Virus record (IMG/VR): IMGVR_UViG_3300020469_000036
Location: 7,731 to 71,730 of that record
Origin: a virus
Direction: 5' to 3' (one strand)
DNA length: 64,000 nt
Position 1 is the stretch's first letter, and each line of letters starts with the position of its first letter. Positions 36,485 to 46,587 of this stretch are shown piece by piece. The translations under genes and the position numbers were made by a program. A model generated the notes under the pieces. It saw only the letters and a program-made list of their open reading frames with translations, searched no databases and had not been told where the DNA came from.

Positions 36485-38074
36485 TTAGAGAGACCTCCAA
36501 CGTTCCATCTCTTGAATGATATCCTGATAATGATCGAGTGACTCTGGTGTTTCATTACCAGAATCAACAAAACCAAAGGGTGGCAAATCCTCTTCCATCT
36601 CCAGTAGCTTTTCCTGATAAAGAAGATCTTTAAGTTGCACGTTACTCATGCTTTCAAATATATCGGTACTAACAAACCACGCAAAGAGGACAAAGTTCAT
36701 TACTGAGTCATCATGTGTACCATCTTTACCGGCATAACTTTCACCTTTGGGCTCAAACGAACTCAACTCTGAAATGGTTTCAGGGTCTACTATATGAAGC
36801 TTTGAATCTTCAATAAGGTCTTTTAAGTTAGAGCAACCAATCCTTTTAACTTTACGCGACATGGTAACACCGATACCGTTACTCTTAACGGTACTTGTGG
36901 TAAAGGTATTTTCGTATTCGTGATCATAGTAAACGGAGTTACAAACAACCATACCAGCATCATTGTTTTCGATAATTACCAGTGCTTCATTATAAACCTT
37001 GGCAGCACGAATAATTATGTTGGGAAAGAGCAGTGGAGAGATTGTGTTATTCCGATAAGTACAAACTTGCTTAAATGGATTTTGAGAGATATCAATTACA
37101 GAGAATGTACTGTAATCCTGTCCTCTTCCCTTTGATACATCTGCACAAAGAATGTATTCATGACCTTCAATAGGTTCTTGATAATAGCTAATCTCGTGCT
37201 GGGTCTTTATCGGAGATTGCGCTTGCATTCCAAGTAACACGTCGGAATCAATAAGGGTTTGAGAACTGCCTATAAAGCTACATTCAAATTCTTGTTTAAA
37301 CTGCAGCTCACTTGTGTTAGAAATGGTTTCTTGTTTCCATTTTTCATCCCGCCCAGGCACGTCACGCCACTTAATGGTAAAAGGTTTAAATTCGTTTGCA
37401 CCTTGAGTTGCACCTTCCCATATTTTGTAAAACATATTACCTACCCCGTTTGGAGTACTGGTGATAATAACCTTTGTGTCTTTACCACTTGAAATAACGG
37501 GATAAGTTGAAGTATAAAATTCATTTGCTTTATTAACGAATCCAAACTCATCAAGGAAAATACAGTTAAGTGAAAGGCCTCGAATTGAATCACCACTTGT
37601 TGCAGAAGCGATAATCTCAGAGTTGTTACTAAACTTGATACTACCTTTGTTAAGAACTTTACATCCTGGCTGTAAAAAGAACGGAAGGTTTTCTAGCATC
37701 AGTGTTAAACGTCCCAGCATCTCCCTTGCAGTTGCACCTTTGTTGGCCAAAACACCTACCTTTTTATCAGCATTGAATATAACATAGTGAAGAAGCCACG
37801 CAACTGATGTAATACTTTTACCACTTTGGCGGCAGGCTAAGATGATAGCAAAACGGTTATCGTTAAAGTGCTCAACCATTTTCTTTTGATAACCCCGCAG
37901 AACAAATGGTGTCAGGCCTGTATCAAGACTAATAACCTTTACATAGTTCTCACAGAAATAAGCTACATCTTTACTGCACCGAATGTATTCATTGATCTCG
38001 TGCTTAGTAAATTGTTCTTGAACGCCGTCAGCCTTTACATGAGGGTTTCCATTATATGACAGCGGACTAGACAT
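36485..38074 (-). CDS. gp17: Terminase large subunit
   Basis: RQSGKS, LDEF, TSTPNG, F.QEFEC.F, DVSKGRGQDYS, HDD.VM. Confidence 0.98.
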   Translation of the reverse strand: MSSPLSYNGNPHVKADGVQEQFTKHEINEYIRCSKDVAYFCENYVKVISLDTGLTPFVLRGYQKKMVEHFNDNRFAIILACRQSGKSITSVAWLLHYVIFNADKKVGVLANKGATAREMLGRLTLMLENLPFFLQPGCKVLNKGSIKFSNNSEIIASATSGDSIRGLSLNCIFLDEFGFVNKANEFYTSTYPVISSGKDTKVIITSTPNGVGNMFYKIWEGATQGANEFKPFTIKWRDVPGRDEKWKQETISNTSELQFKQEFECSFIGSSQTLIDSDVLLGMQAQSPIKTQHEISYYQEPIEGHEYILCADVSKGRGQDYSTFSVIDISQNPFKQVCTYRNNTISPLLFPNIIIRAAKVYNEALVIIENNDAGMVVCNSVYYDHEYENTFTTSTVKSNGIGVTMSRKVKRIGCSNLKDLIEDSKLHIVDPETISELSSFEPKGESYAGKDGTHDDSVMNFVLFAWFVSTDIFESMSNVQLKDLLYQEKLLEMEEDLPPFGFVDSGNETPESLDHYQDIIQEMERWRSL

Positions 38075-38090
38075 TATTTTTCTTTTTTCC

Positions 38091-38119
38091 TTTACAAGCC
38101 TTTTGCGTTTTGATATAAT
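38091..38119 (+). promoter_or_regulatory. Plus-strand (antisense) sigma70-type promoter
   Basis: TTTACA-N17-TATAAT with TG extension, pointing into the 3' end of gp16. Confidence 0.65.
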
Positions 38120-38142
38120 TAATTCCCGAAGGGATCAAAGGA

Positions 38143-38592
38143 TTAAACATCAATAGGCTCGCTATCCGATCCTTTAAGGAACTTCTGGAGTTCAGAAGTG
38201 GTTCCAACAAAGATAGCGTTATTAGTGGTTGATCCACCTTCATTACCTTTTAGATCATCCGATTTAACAAGAGTCTTACGTTGCTTTTGAAGATCCAAAA
38301 GTTGTTGGTTCATTTCCGCAGCTTGTTTGATAAGGGTACCAAGAACTTCAAATGCTCGCGGATGTTCGGCATCAGCAGCAAGACACGACATGGAATCAAT
38401 AGCAATCTCAGAAGTTTCAATAAGCTTTTTTATTCGATCCCGTGCGTAACGATAATCCTCTTCTGTTTCATCCACAAGCTGAGCATCAGAAGGACCAATC
38501 AAAGAATCAATCGTAGCAAGATCGTCGGAAGTCTTTTTTACCTCGTCCAGATTCTTCTGTAACGCGGCGACCATCGCATCCTTCTTACTCAT
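38143..38592 (-). CDS. gp16: Terminase small subunit
   Basis: DYRYAR, EHPRAFEV, TTNNAIFVGTTSELQKFL. Confidence 0.93.
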   Translation of the reverse strand: MSKKDAMVAALQKNLDEVKKTSDDLATIDSLIGPSDAQLVDETEEDYRYARDRIKKLIETSEIAIDSMSCLAADAEHPRAFEVLGTLIKQAAEMNQQLLDLQKQRKTLVKSDDLKGNEGGSTTNNAIFVGTTSELQKFLKGSDSEPIDV

Positions 38593-38626
38593 AATTAATT
38601 TTATTTATCAGAATATTTTCCAGCCG

Positions 38627-39403
38627 TTATGGGGAATCATCCCATATTACGTTTGGATCAGGAGGGCCACCAATTTCAATCACAACAGTGTTGGATTCGG
38701 GTGTATCGGTACTTGAACCCGTTCTTACCCTAACACCAGCATCGGTATAACGTTTCGAAGTATCAAAGTCATTAAAGAAAGTATCCACGGACTTGATAAG
38801 ACCGGTGGTTTGAGGGTTACTCGTGAACTTGGTTTTAACGCTAAAGGTTAGTGTGTAAACTATAAGACGTCGAGAAGATTCAAAGTCTCCTTCATACGCA
38901 TCTTCTGCGCTTACGCCTGATAACGTTATTGGTACATCTGTTATACTTTCAGGACCTTCAAGACCTTTAACGCTTAAAGTATAATTAGGATTAAAATGCG
39001 GAACAATTTGCTCAAGTATCTGAAGAGCTTCATCCTGTCCTCTTGACATAATGTTCAGTGAAAAATCAAGAGTGTATGGTACGCATTGATTTACTTTAAC
39101 TTTATTTCCTTCACTGTCAGTTTGAACATTTCGGTTTAAACGATTTAACTTGGTGGATTGGTCAAAGCTCAATCCTGTCATTTCAAACGACATGCGGGGT
39201 AGTCTAAGTGCAACGTCCCGCTCCGCCCGAGCTTCAACTCTGACCAGATATTTTTCCTTTGGAGCATAAGCAAGTGGAACCCGCCTTGCGCCAATTAATT
39301 TACCAGCATCAAGCTGCGCTATTTGAATGTCATTAAACATTTGACCAAAAGCAGCAACCATATTCTTTATGGTTCCATTGTAAAAGTATTCGTGTCCAAG
39401 CAT
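38627..39403 (-). CDS. gp15: Tail sheath stabilizer/terminator, paralog A
   Basis: YFYN.TI...V.AFG..FNDI, VPLAYAPKEKYL, LPRMSFE, DEALQILEQI.P.F.P. Confidence 0.92.
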   Translation of the reverse strand: MLGHEYFYNGTIKNMVAAFGQMFNDIQIAQLDAGKLIGARRVPLAYAPKEKYLVRVEARAERDVALRLPRMSFEMTGLSFDQSTKLNRLNRNVQTDSEGNKVKVNQCVPYTLDFSLNIMSRGQDEALQILEQIVPHFNPNYTLSVKGLEGPESITDVPITLSGVSAEDAYEGDFESSRRLIVYTLTFSVKTKFTSNPQTTGLIKSVDTFFNDFDTSKRYTDAGVRVRTGSSTDTPESNTVVIEIGGPPDPNVIWDDSP

Positions 39404-39411
39404 AATCTTAA

Positions 39412-40140
39412 TTAGGTTCCAGGCTTAGTTCCAATAACCGTACTGGTTTCAGTTACTCTTACTCCAGCATCAACATACACGCCGTTGGTGTCAAAGTCGT
39501 GGAAGAAAGTATCAACCGTTTCTATAAGGCCAACTGACGACGGGTAAAACGCAAACTTTGTTTTAAGTGAGAATGTTAGAGTATAAACTATAAGTCGGCG
39601 AGAAGATTCAAAGTCTCCTTCATATGCGTCTTCAAAGTTAACACCTACAAGACTAATAGGAACATCAGTTTTACTTTCAGGACCTTCAAGACCTTTAACA
39701 GTAAGAGAATAATGTGGACTAAAGTGCGGTAGTATTTGTTCTACTATTTGCAAAGCTTCATCCTGTCCTCTTGACATGATATTCAAATCAAATCCCAACT
39801 CATAAGGAGCGGGTTGCCATACTTTAACTTTACTTTCTGGACTACTTGTAGCATCAGTTTGAATTGTTCTGTTTAAACGATTCAGCTTTGTGGTTTCATC
39901 ATAAGAGATGTCTGTCATTTCAAATGACATGCGGGGAAGCTTGAGCGCAACGTCCCGCTCCGTTTCTTCTTTAACTCTCGCTAAATATTTTTCTTTCGGC
40001 GCATATGCAAGAGGTACCCGTTTAACACCAACCATCTTCCCTCCACTAATATTGGCCACTTCAAGGTCATTGAAGATTGTGCCAAAAATAGACACAATCT
40101 TCTTTAGTGTTTCATTATAAAAGTATTCGTTACCTAACAT
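39412..40140 (-). CDS. gp15: Tail sheath stabilizer/terminator, paralog B
   Basis: Same motifs as the adjacent copy. Confidence 0.92.
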   Translation of the reverse strand: MLGNEYFYNETLKKIVSIFGTIFNDLEVANISGGKMVGVKRVPLAYAPKEKYLARVKEETERDVALKLPRMSFEMTDISYDETTKLNRLNRTIQTDATSSPESKVKVWQPAPYELGFDLNIMSRGQDEALQIVEQILPHFSPHYSLTVKGLEGPESKTDVPISLVGVNFEDAYEGDFESSRRLIVYTLTFSLKTKFAFYPSSVGLIETVDTFFHDFDTNGVYVDAGVRVTETSTVIGTKPGT

Positions 40141-40142
40141 AC

Positions 40143-41087
40143 TTAGAAGTTAAAAGGTTCTCCAAACGGATTCTCTTCGCTAAAGTCAAGAAAGTCGCCA
40201 ACGTTAACAGCCTGACTAAAGGTCGAGTTTTGAGCTCCGTGATCATTTCCAAAAAGCTCGTCATCATCAGCAGTTCCATCACTTATCAGATTAATATTGC
40301 TAGCGGTTACACTTGCTCCAGATGTTTGGCCGGTGAGTACTGTTCCCGTTACCAACGTGTGATACTTCCCATCGTTAAAGGTAGGAGGACTTACGTGAAT
40401 CCTTTGCAGCTGCGGAGAGTCGGTTGTAGTACTGTACTTAAAGAACTCGCACGAACCTGTAACCCCACTCGGAAGAGTAAAGTTGAGTGTTTCAAATTCT
40501 TGTAGTAACTGCTCAGGCGAGTCATTGTTGGTATACTCTAAAATCTGAGAATCACCAGCCACAGCTTGTATGTTATCAACTTCCCTTATGCCGGTATCAA
40601 TCTCTTGGCTTTCGTATTCGAACAACTCACAAGAAAGTCTAAAAATAGGCAAGTCTTTAAGTTGAGCAAAAGGTTTCTTATCCTCAACAAATTTGATTTC
40701 AAACAATCCTTTGGTCAAGGGGAAGTATATAAGGTCTCCTTCAAGCGGACGAGTACTGTTCTCTGAATACCCGTGTCGACCTATAAGTTGATTCCAGCGA
40801 AGATTTGAAACAACCAAGTTAACGCTGTCTCGAATCTCAAGACCAAACTTAGAAAGTAATTGCCCATCACCTTCAAAGCCGTCAACGCTTTCAACGTACA
40901 TCTCAATCTGATAAGCCTTTTCAAACGCGCTTATAAGATCTTCGTTAAGAATAAGATCCCGCTTAACAATTTTACGAGGAATGTAAAAACAATCTTGACC
41001 ATATATTTGAATGGCCTCGATTATCAGCGACTCGTAAAGATCTTGCTCTTGCTTAGATCCGTTTTGAAAGTATTGATTAGTTGCCAT
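40143..41087 (-). CDS. gp14: Neck protein
   Basis: EQDLYESLIIEAIQIYG, SKFGLEIRD, RP.EGDLIYFP, DFSEENPFG. Confidence 0.95.
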   Translation of the reverse strand: MATNQYFQNGSKQEQDLYESLIIEAIQIYGQDCFYIPRKIVKRDLILNEDLISAFEKAYQIEMYVESVDGFEGDGQLLSKFGLEIRDSVNLVVSNLRWNQLIGRHGYSENSTRPLEGDLIYFPLTKGLFEIKFVEDKKPFAQLKDLPIFRLSCELFEYESQEIDTGIREVDNIQAVAGDSQILEYTNNDSPEQLLQEFETLNFTLPSGVTGSCEFFKYSTTTDSPQLQRIHVSPPTFNDGKYHTLVTGTVLTGQTSGASVTASNINLISDGTADDDELFGNDHGAQNSTFSQAVNVGDFLDFSEENPFGEPFNF

Positions 41088-41833
41088 TATCCGATAAATA
41101 GGTCAACGGGTTCTTCGTATTTAAGCTGCCACGTTTCTTTAAGCGCTTGAATATCAGCAGTAGCCTGTTCGTATATTGTAGCTCCACTGATTGTAACTCC
41201 TCCTGGAAGTTGCATACCTTCAAACTTACTAAGGTTCTGACCCCACTGCTTTTTAATAAGAAGCGTAAGAAGTTCTTTTAAACCCATGTCATCGAAAACA
41301 TCTGTATAAGAAGCAGGATCTACGGTTTGATAGGTTTCAAAAATAATAAATTCGCCTTCTGCTACATGGTCTTTAATGTCCGCGTAAAACTTTACAGTAT
41401 TCTTGTGACGGTTAAAAGCCATTTGTGTTCCATGCCCGTTGAGAATATCTTCAACCAAGCTCATGTATTGAGAAGTAAGCTCGTAGTTTAAAAGACCGCC
41501 GGGGTTTCTCATTCCAAAGAAGTCATTAAGATACATCTGATATTTCGCATTGAATAAAGATGCACTGGTAAAGTCTTCAAAACCAAGAACCCGAACAACA
41601 GCAATAACAGCATCGGGAACTTCAATTTCGTTACTCGTGAGTTCAGCTGCAGTTACCTGGTGTTTGATCAATGTTTTGACGGTAGCATCGCTGTGATACT
41701 CTTGCCAAAATTGAATCGCTTCATCAATACGATCTTCAATTTGATCGTCATCAATATTGATTTCAACCACAGGAGCTCCAAGCGCTCTTAAACAGTAGTC
41801 AGCTAATTCGGTTCTAGTTGTTGGTTTAGCCAT
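41087..41833 (-). CDS. gp13: Neck protein
   Basis: YCLRALGAPVVEIN.DDDQIEDRIDEA, KKQWGQNLSKFEGMQLPGGVT. Confidence 0.96.
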   Translation of the reverse strand: MAKPTTRTELADYCLRALGAPVVEINIDDDQIEDRIDEAIQFWQEYHSDATVKTLIKHQVTAAELTSNEIEVPDAVIAVVRVLGFEDFTSASLFNAKYQMYLNDFFGMRNPGGLLNYELTSQYMSLVEDILNGHGTQMAFNRHKNTVKFYADIKDHVAEGEFIIFETYQTVDPASYTDVFDDMGLKELLTLLIKKQWGQNLSKFEGMQLPGGVTISGATIYEQATADIQALKETWQLKYEEPVDLFIG

Positions 41834-41860
41834 ACAACTATTTATATAGTTTAATTCTTA

Positions 41861-42076
41861 TTACTTACACCTTCTTCTACCAATTTGAGAAGACAGCAGA
41901 ACGGTAATAAAGACCACAAGACCCATGAGAATATCATCAGTGGAATCCTTTAGCATTTGAGATGGCAGTTCAAGATCGTTAAACTTTTCTCTATACCAAA
42001 CACAAGTTCCAAGTAAAGCTTTATATGAAAAGATACCAACGATTGAAAGCAAAAATATTCTAGTAAAGGTTTTCAT
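41861..42076 (-). CDS. Small two-TM membrane protein
   Basis: Two hydrophobic segments and a basic C-terminus. Confidence 0.6.
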   Translation of the reverse strand: MKTFTRIFLLSIVGIFSYKALLGTCVWYREKFNDLELPSQMLKDSTDDILMGLVVFITVLLSSQIGRRRCK

Positions 42077-42079
42077 TAA

Positions 42080-42400
42080 TCATTTCCGAATAAATCGCGA
42101 AGGATTCTTTGCGATCCTTTTAGCCAAAGTAACAATGCCTTCAATTACTTCTGGTGATATAACACCAACAATTCCATAAATCACAGCTTTATACAAACTA
42201 TCAATTGATGTTTGCTCTAGTATGTACCACGCAATCCCACTTGATATAGCAGCGGCTGGAATCCGTTTACAAAGAAGCTGAGCGGTAATACTTTCCTTTG
42301 AAGAAAGAATTCTTGCGATCATACCCGCCGCACCAATAAGTGGAACCAACCAACCTCCATCTAAGAAGGCCTGGATTAATGATTTTTGGGGCTCTTGCAT
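42080..42400 (-). CDS. Holin-like three-TM membrane protein
   Basis: Three hydrophobic segments, basic C-terminus, late promoter TATAAATA at 42419-42426. Confidence 0.55.
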   Translation of the reverse strand: MQEPQKSLIQAFLDGGWLVPLIGAAGMIARILSSKESITAQLLCKRIPAAAISSGIAWYILEQTSIDSLYKAVIYGIVGVISPEVIEGIVTLAKRIAKNPSRFIRK

Positions 42401-42449
42401 ATTTGCGGTGGTATCAAGTATTTATACAAAGTCTTCTCTTAACATTGTA

Positions 42450-43205
42450 TTAAATATAGTTTTTTAACAAATCATTAGCTTTCGTGTAAAGCCTTGGACA
42501 CCTTACATTATCCTTACCCATGATTGTTTCTAAAATTGCTGACGCCGCGATAATTACAGAAAGCCTGTCAACAAGTACTATTTCAAAGTTGTGAATTGCA
42601 GCTTCATAAATCTCTTTTGAATATTCTGCGTCCTGCCCTGTCACATAACACGCTCCCAACACATTTACCATTGCTGCAGGCCATAATTTAATATCAGCAA
42701 AGGAATGTATCTTATTGAAAAAATTTAAAGCCTCGTTGACATTTCTTTCTTTTACATAGCAATGTGCCAGTGCAGTCCAAATTGAGGTGATCCAACGATA
42801 AGTAAATTTACGCCAATAAGGATCATTGAATTCTTTGAAACCTTGCAGGTCTTTATAAAGACTTTCCAGCTCATCAATAGATCCCATGTCGTCATAAATG
42901 TATCGATAAGCAAGTGTACAAAAAGACTGACTTACAACTTCAAATTTATCGGGATAGATCTGAGCTAAAAGAAAAGCCCGACATCTTTGGTACCCTGCCG
43001 GATCGTCGTTTCTACCTTTAAAGTTTCTTACAAACCTTTTGGGGTTATAACGAAGGCCTTCTAACATTCGGTTAAATTCATCAAGATCCAAACCCGGAAT
43101 AATCAGATCATTATCAGGAAGGGATGAATAGTCAAACGAAAGCTTAGTATCCTTATAGGTTATAAAAACACTATTTTCTTTCCAAGAAATATTAGGGACC
43201 ATCAT
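42450..43205 (-). CDS. Hypothetical helical (TPR-like) protein, third gene of the GT operon
   Basis: WTALAHCYVKERNVNEALNFF TPR-like helix pair; overlaps the stop of the sulfotransferase gene. Confidence 0.6.
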   Translation of the reverse strand: MMVPNISWKENSVFITYKDTKLSFDYSSLPDNDLIIPGLDLDEFNRMLEGLRYNPKRFVRNFKGRNDDPAGYQRCRAFLLAQIYPDKFEVVSQSFCTLAYRYIYDDMGSIDELESLYKDLQGFKEFNDPYWRKFTYRWITSIWTALAHCYVKERNVNEALNFFNKIHSFADIKLWPAAMVNVLGACYVTGQDAEYSKEIYEAAIHNFEIVLVDRLSVIIAASAILETIMGKDNVRCPRLYTKANDLLKNYI

Positions 43206-44181
43206 TTTCGGAGGTATTATTAAGTTGATCTGAAAGTTCTTTAACCTTATCTTCAAGCTGGTCAATACGACCCATGGCTTCAATAGAGAAGATGATTGCT
43301 TGGTCCACCAGTCTTTTGTAATCTTCTTCGCTTATCTTCCGTTCTTTAGGGGGCGGGTCATTTTGAAACGAGATAGATTCGTCTCTCAGAATCATCGCTA
43401 ATCTTTCTATGTCTTTTAACGAAAAATAATTTTTTGAATACTCTTGAACGCTACCGTAGTTTACATACGTGTCAAACTTGTGAGGTGTGACGGGGTCTGA
43501 ATACGTATTATTATAGATAGCTCTCGACAAAATTTCAGATGATGATGGAGTTTCATACGCTCGGATTCGTGGAAGGTCTAAGCCCGTAACCTCACAGAAG
43601 TCGTCAATAATATTTTCCCCTTCTTTATATTGTCTAATTTCAGCAATTTTTCTCCACCACTTCCAACTGTTATAAGTTCCAGCGCCAAATTCATGAAACC
43701 ATCGACGTAAAGTCATTGAGCGTAAAATCTTTTCGTCCATCCTCCTTCGCCGCTCAAATATTTTGCCTTCAAGAACTTTATGTCTAAGACCCCACTGCTC
43801 CCATGCTGACTTTAGCCACTGCCCGGGCGCTCTAACATAAAGTATAATCTGAACATCAAGATCAGGTGACCAGGTCGAAAGATGTCTAAGTAACTTAACA
43901 GCTTCTGGGGTATTGGATATTGCTTCGTTTGACCAAAAAACGTGATCACAGCCGGTCTTCTTTGAATGAGAGACAATAATCTTATACAATGCTTTGGTCT
44001 TTTCTGCGGTGTGCTGCGAAACTAACCACTCGTGATTCATTCGATTCCCATCGGGTAAAATTGGCCACAGCCTTCCCAGACCCGTTTTACCCGCCGTAAG
44101 ATTTCCTTTATACTCTTGTAATGCAAACTGAATTGCACTTGTTCCGGTTTTACCTAAACCGATATGTGCTGTAAACTTCAT
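43192..44181 (-). CDS. Sulfotransferase-like protein
   Basis: HIGLGKTGTSAIQ (PAPS 5'-phosphosulfate loop type), SNE, YVR.P...LKS.W.Q (3'-phosphate motif). Confidence 0.75.
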   Translation of the reverse strand: MKFTAHIGLGKTGTSAIQFALQEYKGNLTAGKTGLGRLWPILPDGNRMNHEWLVSQHTAEKTKALYKIIVSHSKKTGCDHVFWSNEAISNTPEAVKLLRHLSTWSPDLDVQIILYVRAPGQWLKSAWEQWGLRHKVLEGKIFERRRRMDEKILRSMTLRRWFHEFGAGTYNSWKWWRKIAEIRQYKEGENIIDDFCEVTGLDLPRIRAYETPSSSEILSRAIYNNTYSDPVTPHKFDTYVNYGSVQEYSKNYFSLKDIERLAMILRDESISFQNDPPPKERKISEEDYKRLVDQAIIFSIEAMGRIDQLEDKVKELSDQLNNTSENDGP

Positions 44182-45338
44182 CCAATTAATCTTTCTACCT
44201 TTTCATCCCAAACACTCTTAGAGAATTTTTCGTTAACTAGTTTTCTAGCAGAGTGAATTTTCGACCTACTTTGACCTGTTAGGTGGAAGTAAAGAAGTTC
44301 CGCGTATTTTTTTGCTTCATCCTCTATCTCAAAATCAATCAAATAGTTTAAAGGAACCAGTTCGCTTACAGCACCAACATTACTAACAGCCATTGGAACT
44401 GACCACTGCATTGCTTCAAAATATGTAAGAGGTATACCTTCGTCAACCGAAGGGCAAACAAGCGCACTGGCTCGTTTATAATACTCTTGCATTTGTTTAT
44501 AATCAATACCTTTCTCAAATTGTATCCAGTGGCTAACTTTCAGTTTCGCTGCATGTTCTTTAATGTCTGTATAAAGCGGGCCGTCTCCAACAAACTTAAA
44601 AACCGGCATATAAGCGGCAGGTAAAAGCTTAGCCAACTCTGCAGCAATATCACAAACAAACTTAGGACGTTTTTGAAAGTGAAAGCGGAAAGGACATAGT
44701 ACGTACCTGGGATCTTTATCTGTTTTCCTTAAAGGCCAAGTCTTTTCTATCTCAGGAAACCCGAACCAATAAAGGGTTTCAATCATTCTTTTATTTACGC
44801 CTTTTTCAATAAGTTCATTCTTAAGCTTATCCGAAACAGTTAGTACCAAATCAAAAGGAGTTCCTTTTTGAAGGCTTTTCTCAAAGTCCCAAGGTTCTTT
44901 TAAAATCATGTGAAACAAAGAAATTAACTTTGTATTTGGCGCAGCTTCTTTTATTGCCCAAGCTTGATCATAAGCTTCATGCGAATTATTGACAACCGTG
45001 TAAACGGGTTGCAGCTTTCTAACGATTTCTATAACCTCACCGGCACAAATAACGTCGTCAGCAAGTTCGGTAAATGCAGATTCCCTTCGGCTTTCTTTAT
45101 GCGGCATTATCCGCGTTGTTATAATGACGATTCTAAAGCCTCTGTTTTTATAATGCAGCATTAAATCCAAGCCGCATCTATCCGCTCCTCCGAGCGACAT
45201 CCAAGGGATGATAAGACAAAAGACGGGCTTTTCTTCAGTGTGCTTTGACTGAGATTTTAGAATGACCGGTTTTTTACCAAGTGCATGGCGGGACGGTCGA
45301 GATGTTTGGCGTTCAGTTCTTTTGGACCTTCGGGACAT
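44178..45338 (-). CDS. Glycosyltransferase family 4 (GT-B)
   Basis: GGADR, R...QKRP, VGDGP, PSVDEGIPLTYFEAM, SNVGAVSELV. Confidence 0.9.
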   Translation of the reverse strand: MSRRSKRTERQTSRPSRHALGKKPVILKSQSKHTEEKPVFCLIIPWMSLGGADRCGLDLMLHYKNRGFRIVIITTRIMPHKESRRESAFTELADDVICAGEVIEIVRKLQPVYTVVNNSHEAYDQAWAIKEAAPNTKLISLFHMILKEPWDFEKSLQKGTPFDLVLTVSDKLKNELIEKGVNKRMIETLYWFGFPEIEKTWPLRKTDKDPRYVLCPFRFHFQKRPKFVCDIAAELAKLLPAAYMPVFKFVGDGPLYTDIKEHAAKLKVSHWIQFEKGIDYKQMQEYYKRASALVCPSVDEGIPLTYFEAMQWSVPMAVSNVGAVSELVPLNYLIDFEIEDEAKKYAELLYFHLTGQSRSKIHSARKLVNEKFSKSVWDEKVERLIG

Positions 45339-45354
45339 ATATTATATATATGCC

Positions 45355-46569
45355 TTAGTAATCAGCTGCATCAAAGTAAAGACGAACTCGAAGGAAGCCA
45401 CTAACAGAATCAAGTCCACTAGTACCAGATGGATCATTACTAGGATGGCCATTCTGGATAACCTTTATGTTAATGCCATCCCCGGCGGCAACTGCTACAC
45501 TTACAGCACTGCTTGCTCCAGTGTAAATTTGTCCTCGGTGCGATCCAGTATCATGTGCAAGCGGGGTTGTTGGATTTCCGTCAACTGTCACCGTTGTTAA
45601 AGTTACAGCTGTTGGGCTATCATCAGGATCTCCCACAGTAATAGCAAACTCAGGATCGCCCTGATCTGACGCGACAACTGCCCATGCTGGAATATCAATT
45701 TCTGCTTTACGGAATGTCATTGCAGTGTTAACACCCATAAAGAAAGCAGTCTCATTTACTTCCAATGGATCCACGACATTAGCCGAAGATTTAAAATCGG
45801 AAACAGGCATATCCAACGAGTAAACATAAGGGCGAACACTAATAGCACCAGCGGCTCCAGTCGCGCCTTGAACACCTTGAGCACCAGTTGGTCCAATAGG
45901 ACCTGCAAGACCTACACCAGTGGGCCCCGTAGGACCAGTGGGTCCAGTTGCGCCTTGACTTCCGGCAGGACCCGTAGGACCAGTTAAACCTGTGGATCCT
46001 TGAGGACCAACTACACCAGCAATTGCGCCAAGGTCATCCCATTCTTCTGGAGAATTATCAGGCCCTTTATATGCAAAAAGGTGAGGGGTTCCACTTGCAA
46101 ATTCATCACCTGGGGAATCAGATAAACTCCCTGGGCCAATCTTAACAATAAAACATGTACCTTCTTTTTGAAGCTCATCAGCAAGAGGATTAGGACTTGA
46201 ATAAGAAACAGGAAGGTCATCACCATAGTCAACAACACCAGCAATCGCTACACCAACACCAGGGTCTCCTTTAACATTACCAATCACTTCTGTTGAAGAA
46301 TCGGACTTGACCTTTGATACATTACCGTCAGAGTCAACAGTAATATCTGTAATAATAGCAATAGTATCAAGGTATTCATTTACTTCTCCAGCAACCTCAC
46401 TTGTGATATTAAGGTTGTTTGTTACCAAATCACCATTTTCGTTAAGGAAAAAGATTTTTTGATCGGCGGCATTAAACGCAATTTCACCGTCTCTTAGTGA
46501 ATCGACATTCGGAGATTCTCCAGATGAAAAGGAGTGTTTTAAAATAATTCTTGTAGGTGTAGTAGCCAT
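45355..46569 (-). CDS. Collagen-like fibre protein
   Basis: N-terminal I.LK.S...G..P....L.DGEIAFN..D fibre domain; G-X-Y run at about 45844-46018. Confidence 0.8.
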   Translation of the reverse strand: MATTPTRIILKHSFSSGESPNVDSLRDGEIAFNAADQKIFFLNENGDLVTNNLNITSEVAGEVNEYLDTIAIITDITVDSDGNVSKVKSDSSTEVIGNVKGDPGVGVAIAGVVDYGDDLPVSYSSPNPLADELQKEGTCFIVKIGPGSLSDSPGDEFASGTPHLFAYKGPDNSPEEWDDLGAIAGVVGPQGSTGLTGPTGPAGSQGATGPTGPTGPTGVGLAGPIGPTGAQGVQGATGAAGAISVRPYVYSLDMPVSDFKSSANVVDPLEVNETAFFMGVNTAMTFRKAEIDIPAWAVVASDQGDPEFAITVGDPDDSPTAVTLTTVTVDGNPTTPLAHDTGSHRGQIYTGASSAVSVAVAAGDGINIKVIQNGHPSNDPSGTSGLDSVSGFLRVRLYFDAADY

Positions 46570-46587
46570 GTTAGTAGTATATATATT

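Noticed and set aside
9280-38074. Introns, inteins or homing endonucleases in gp43, gp46, uvsW, gp20 and gp17
   Set aside because: All are uninterrupted and of normal length, with no splicing or endonuclease motifs seen.
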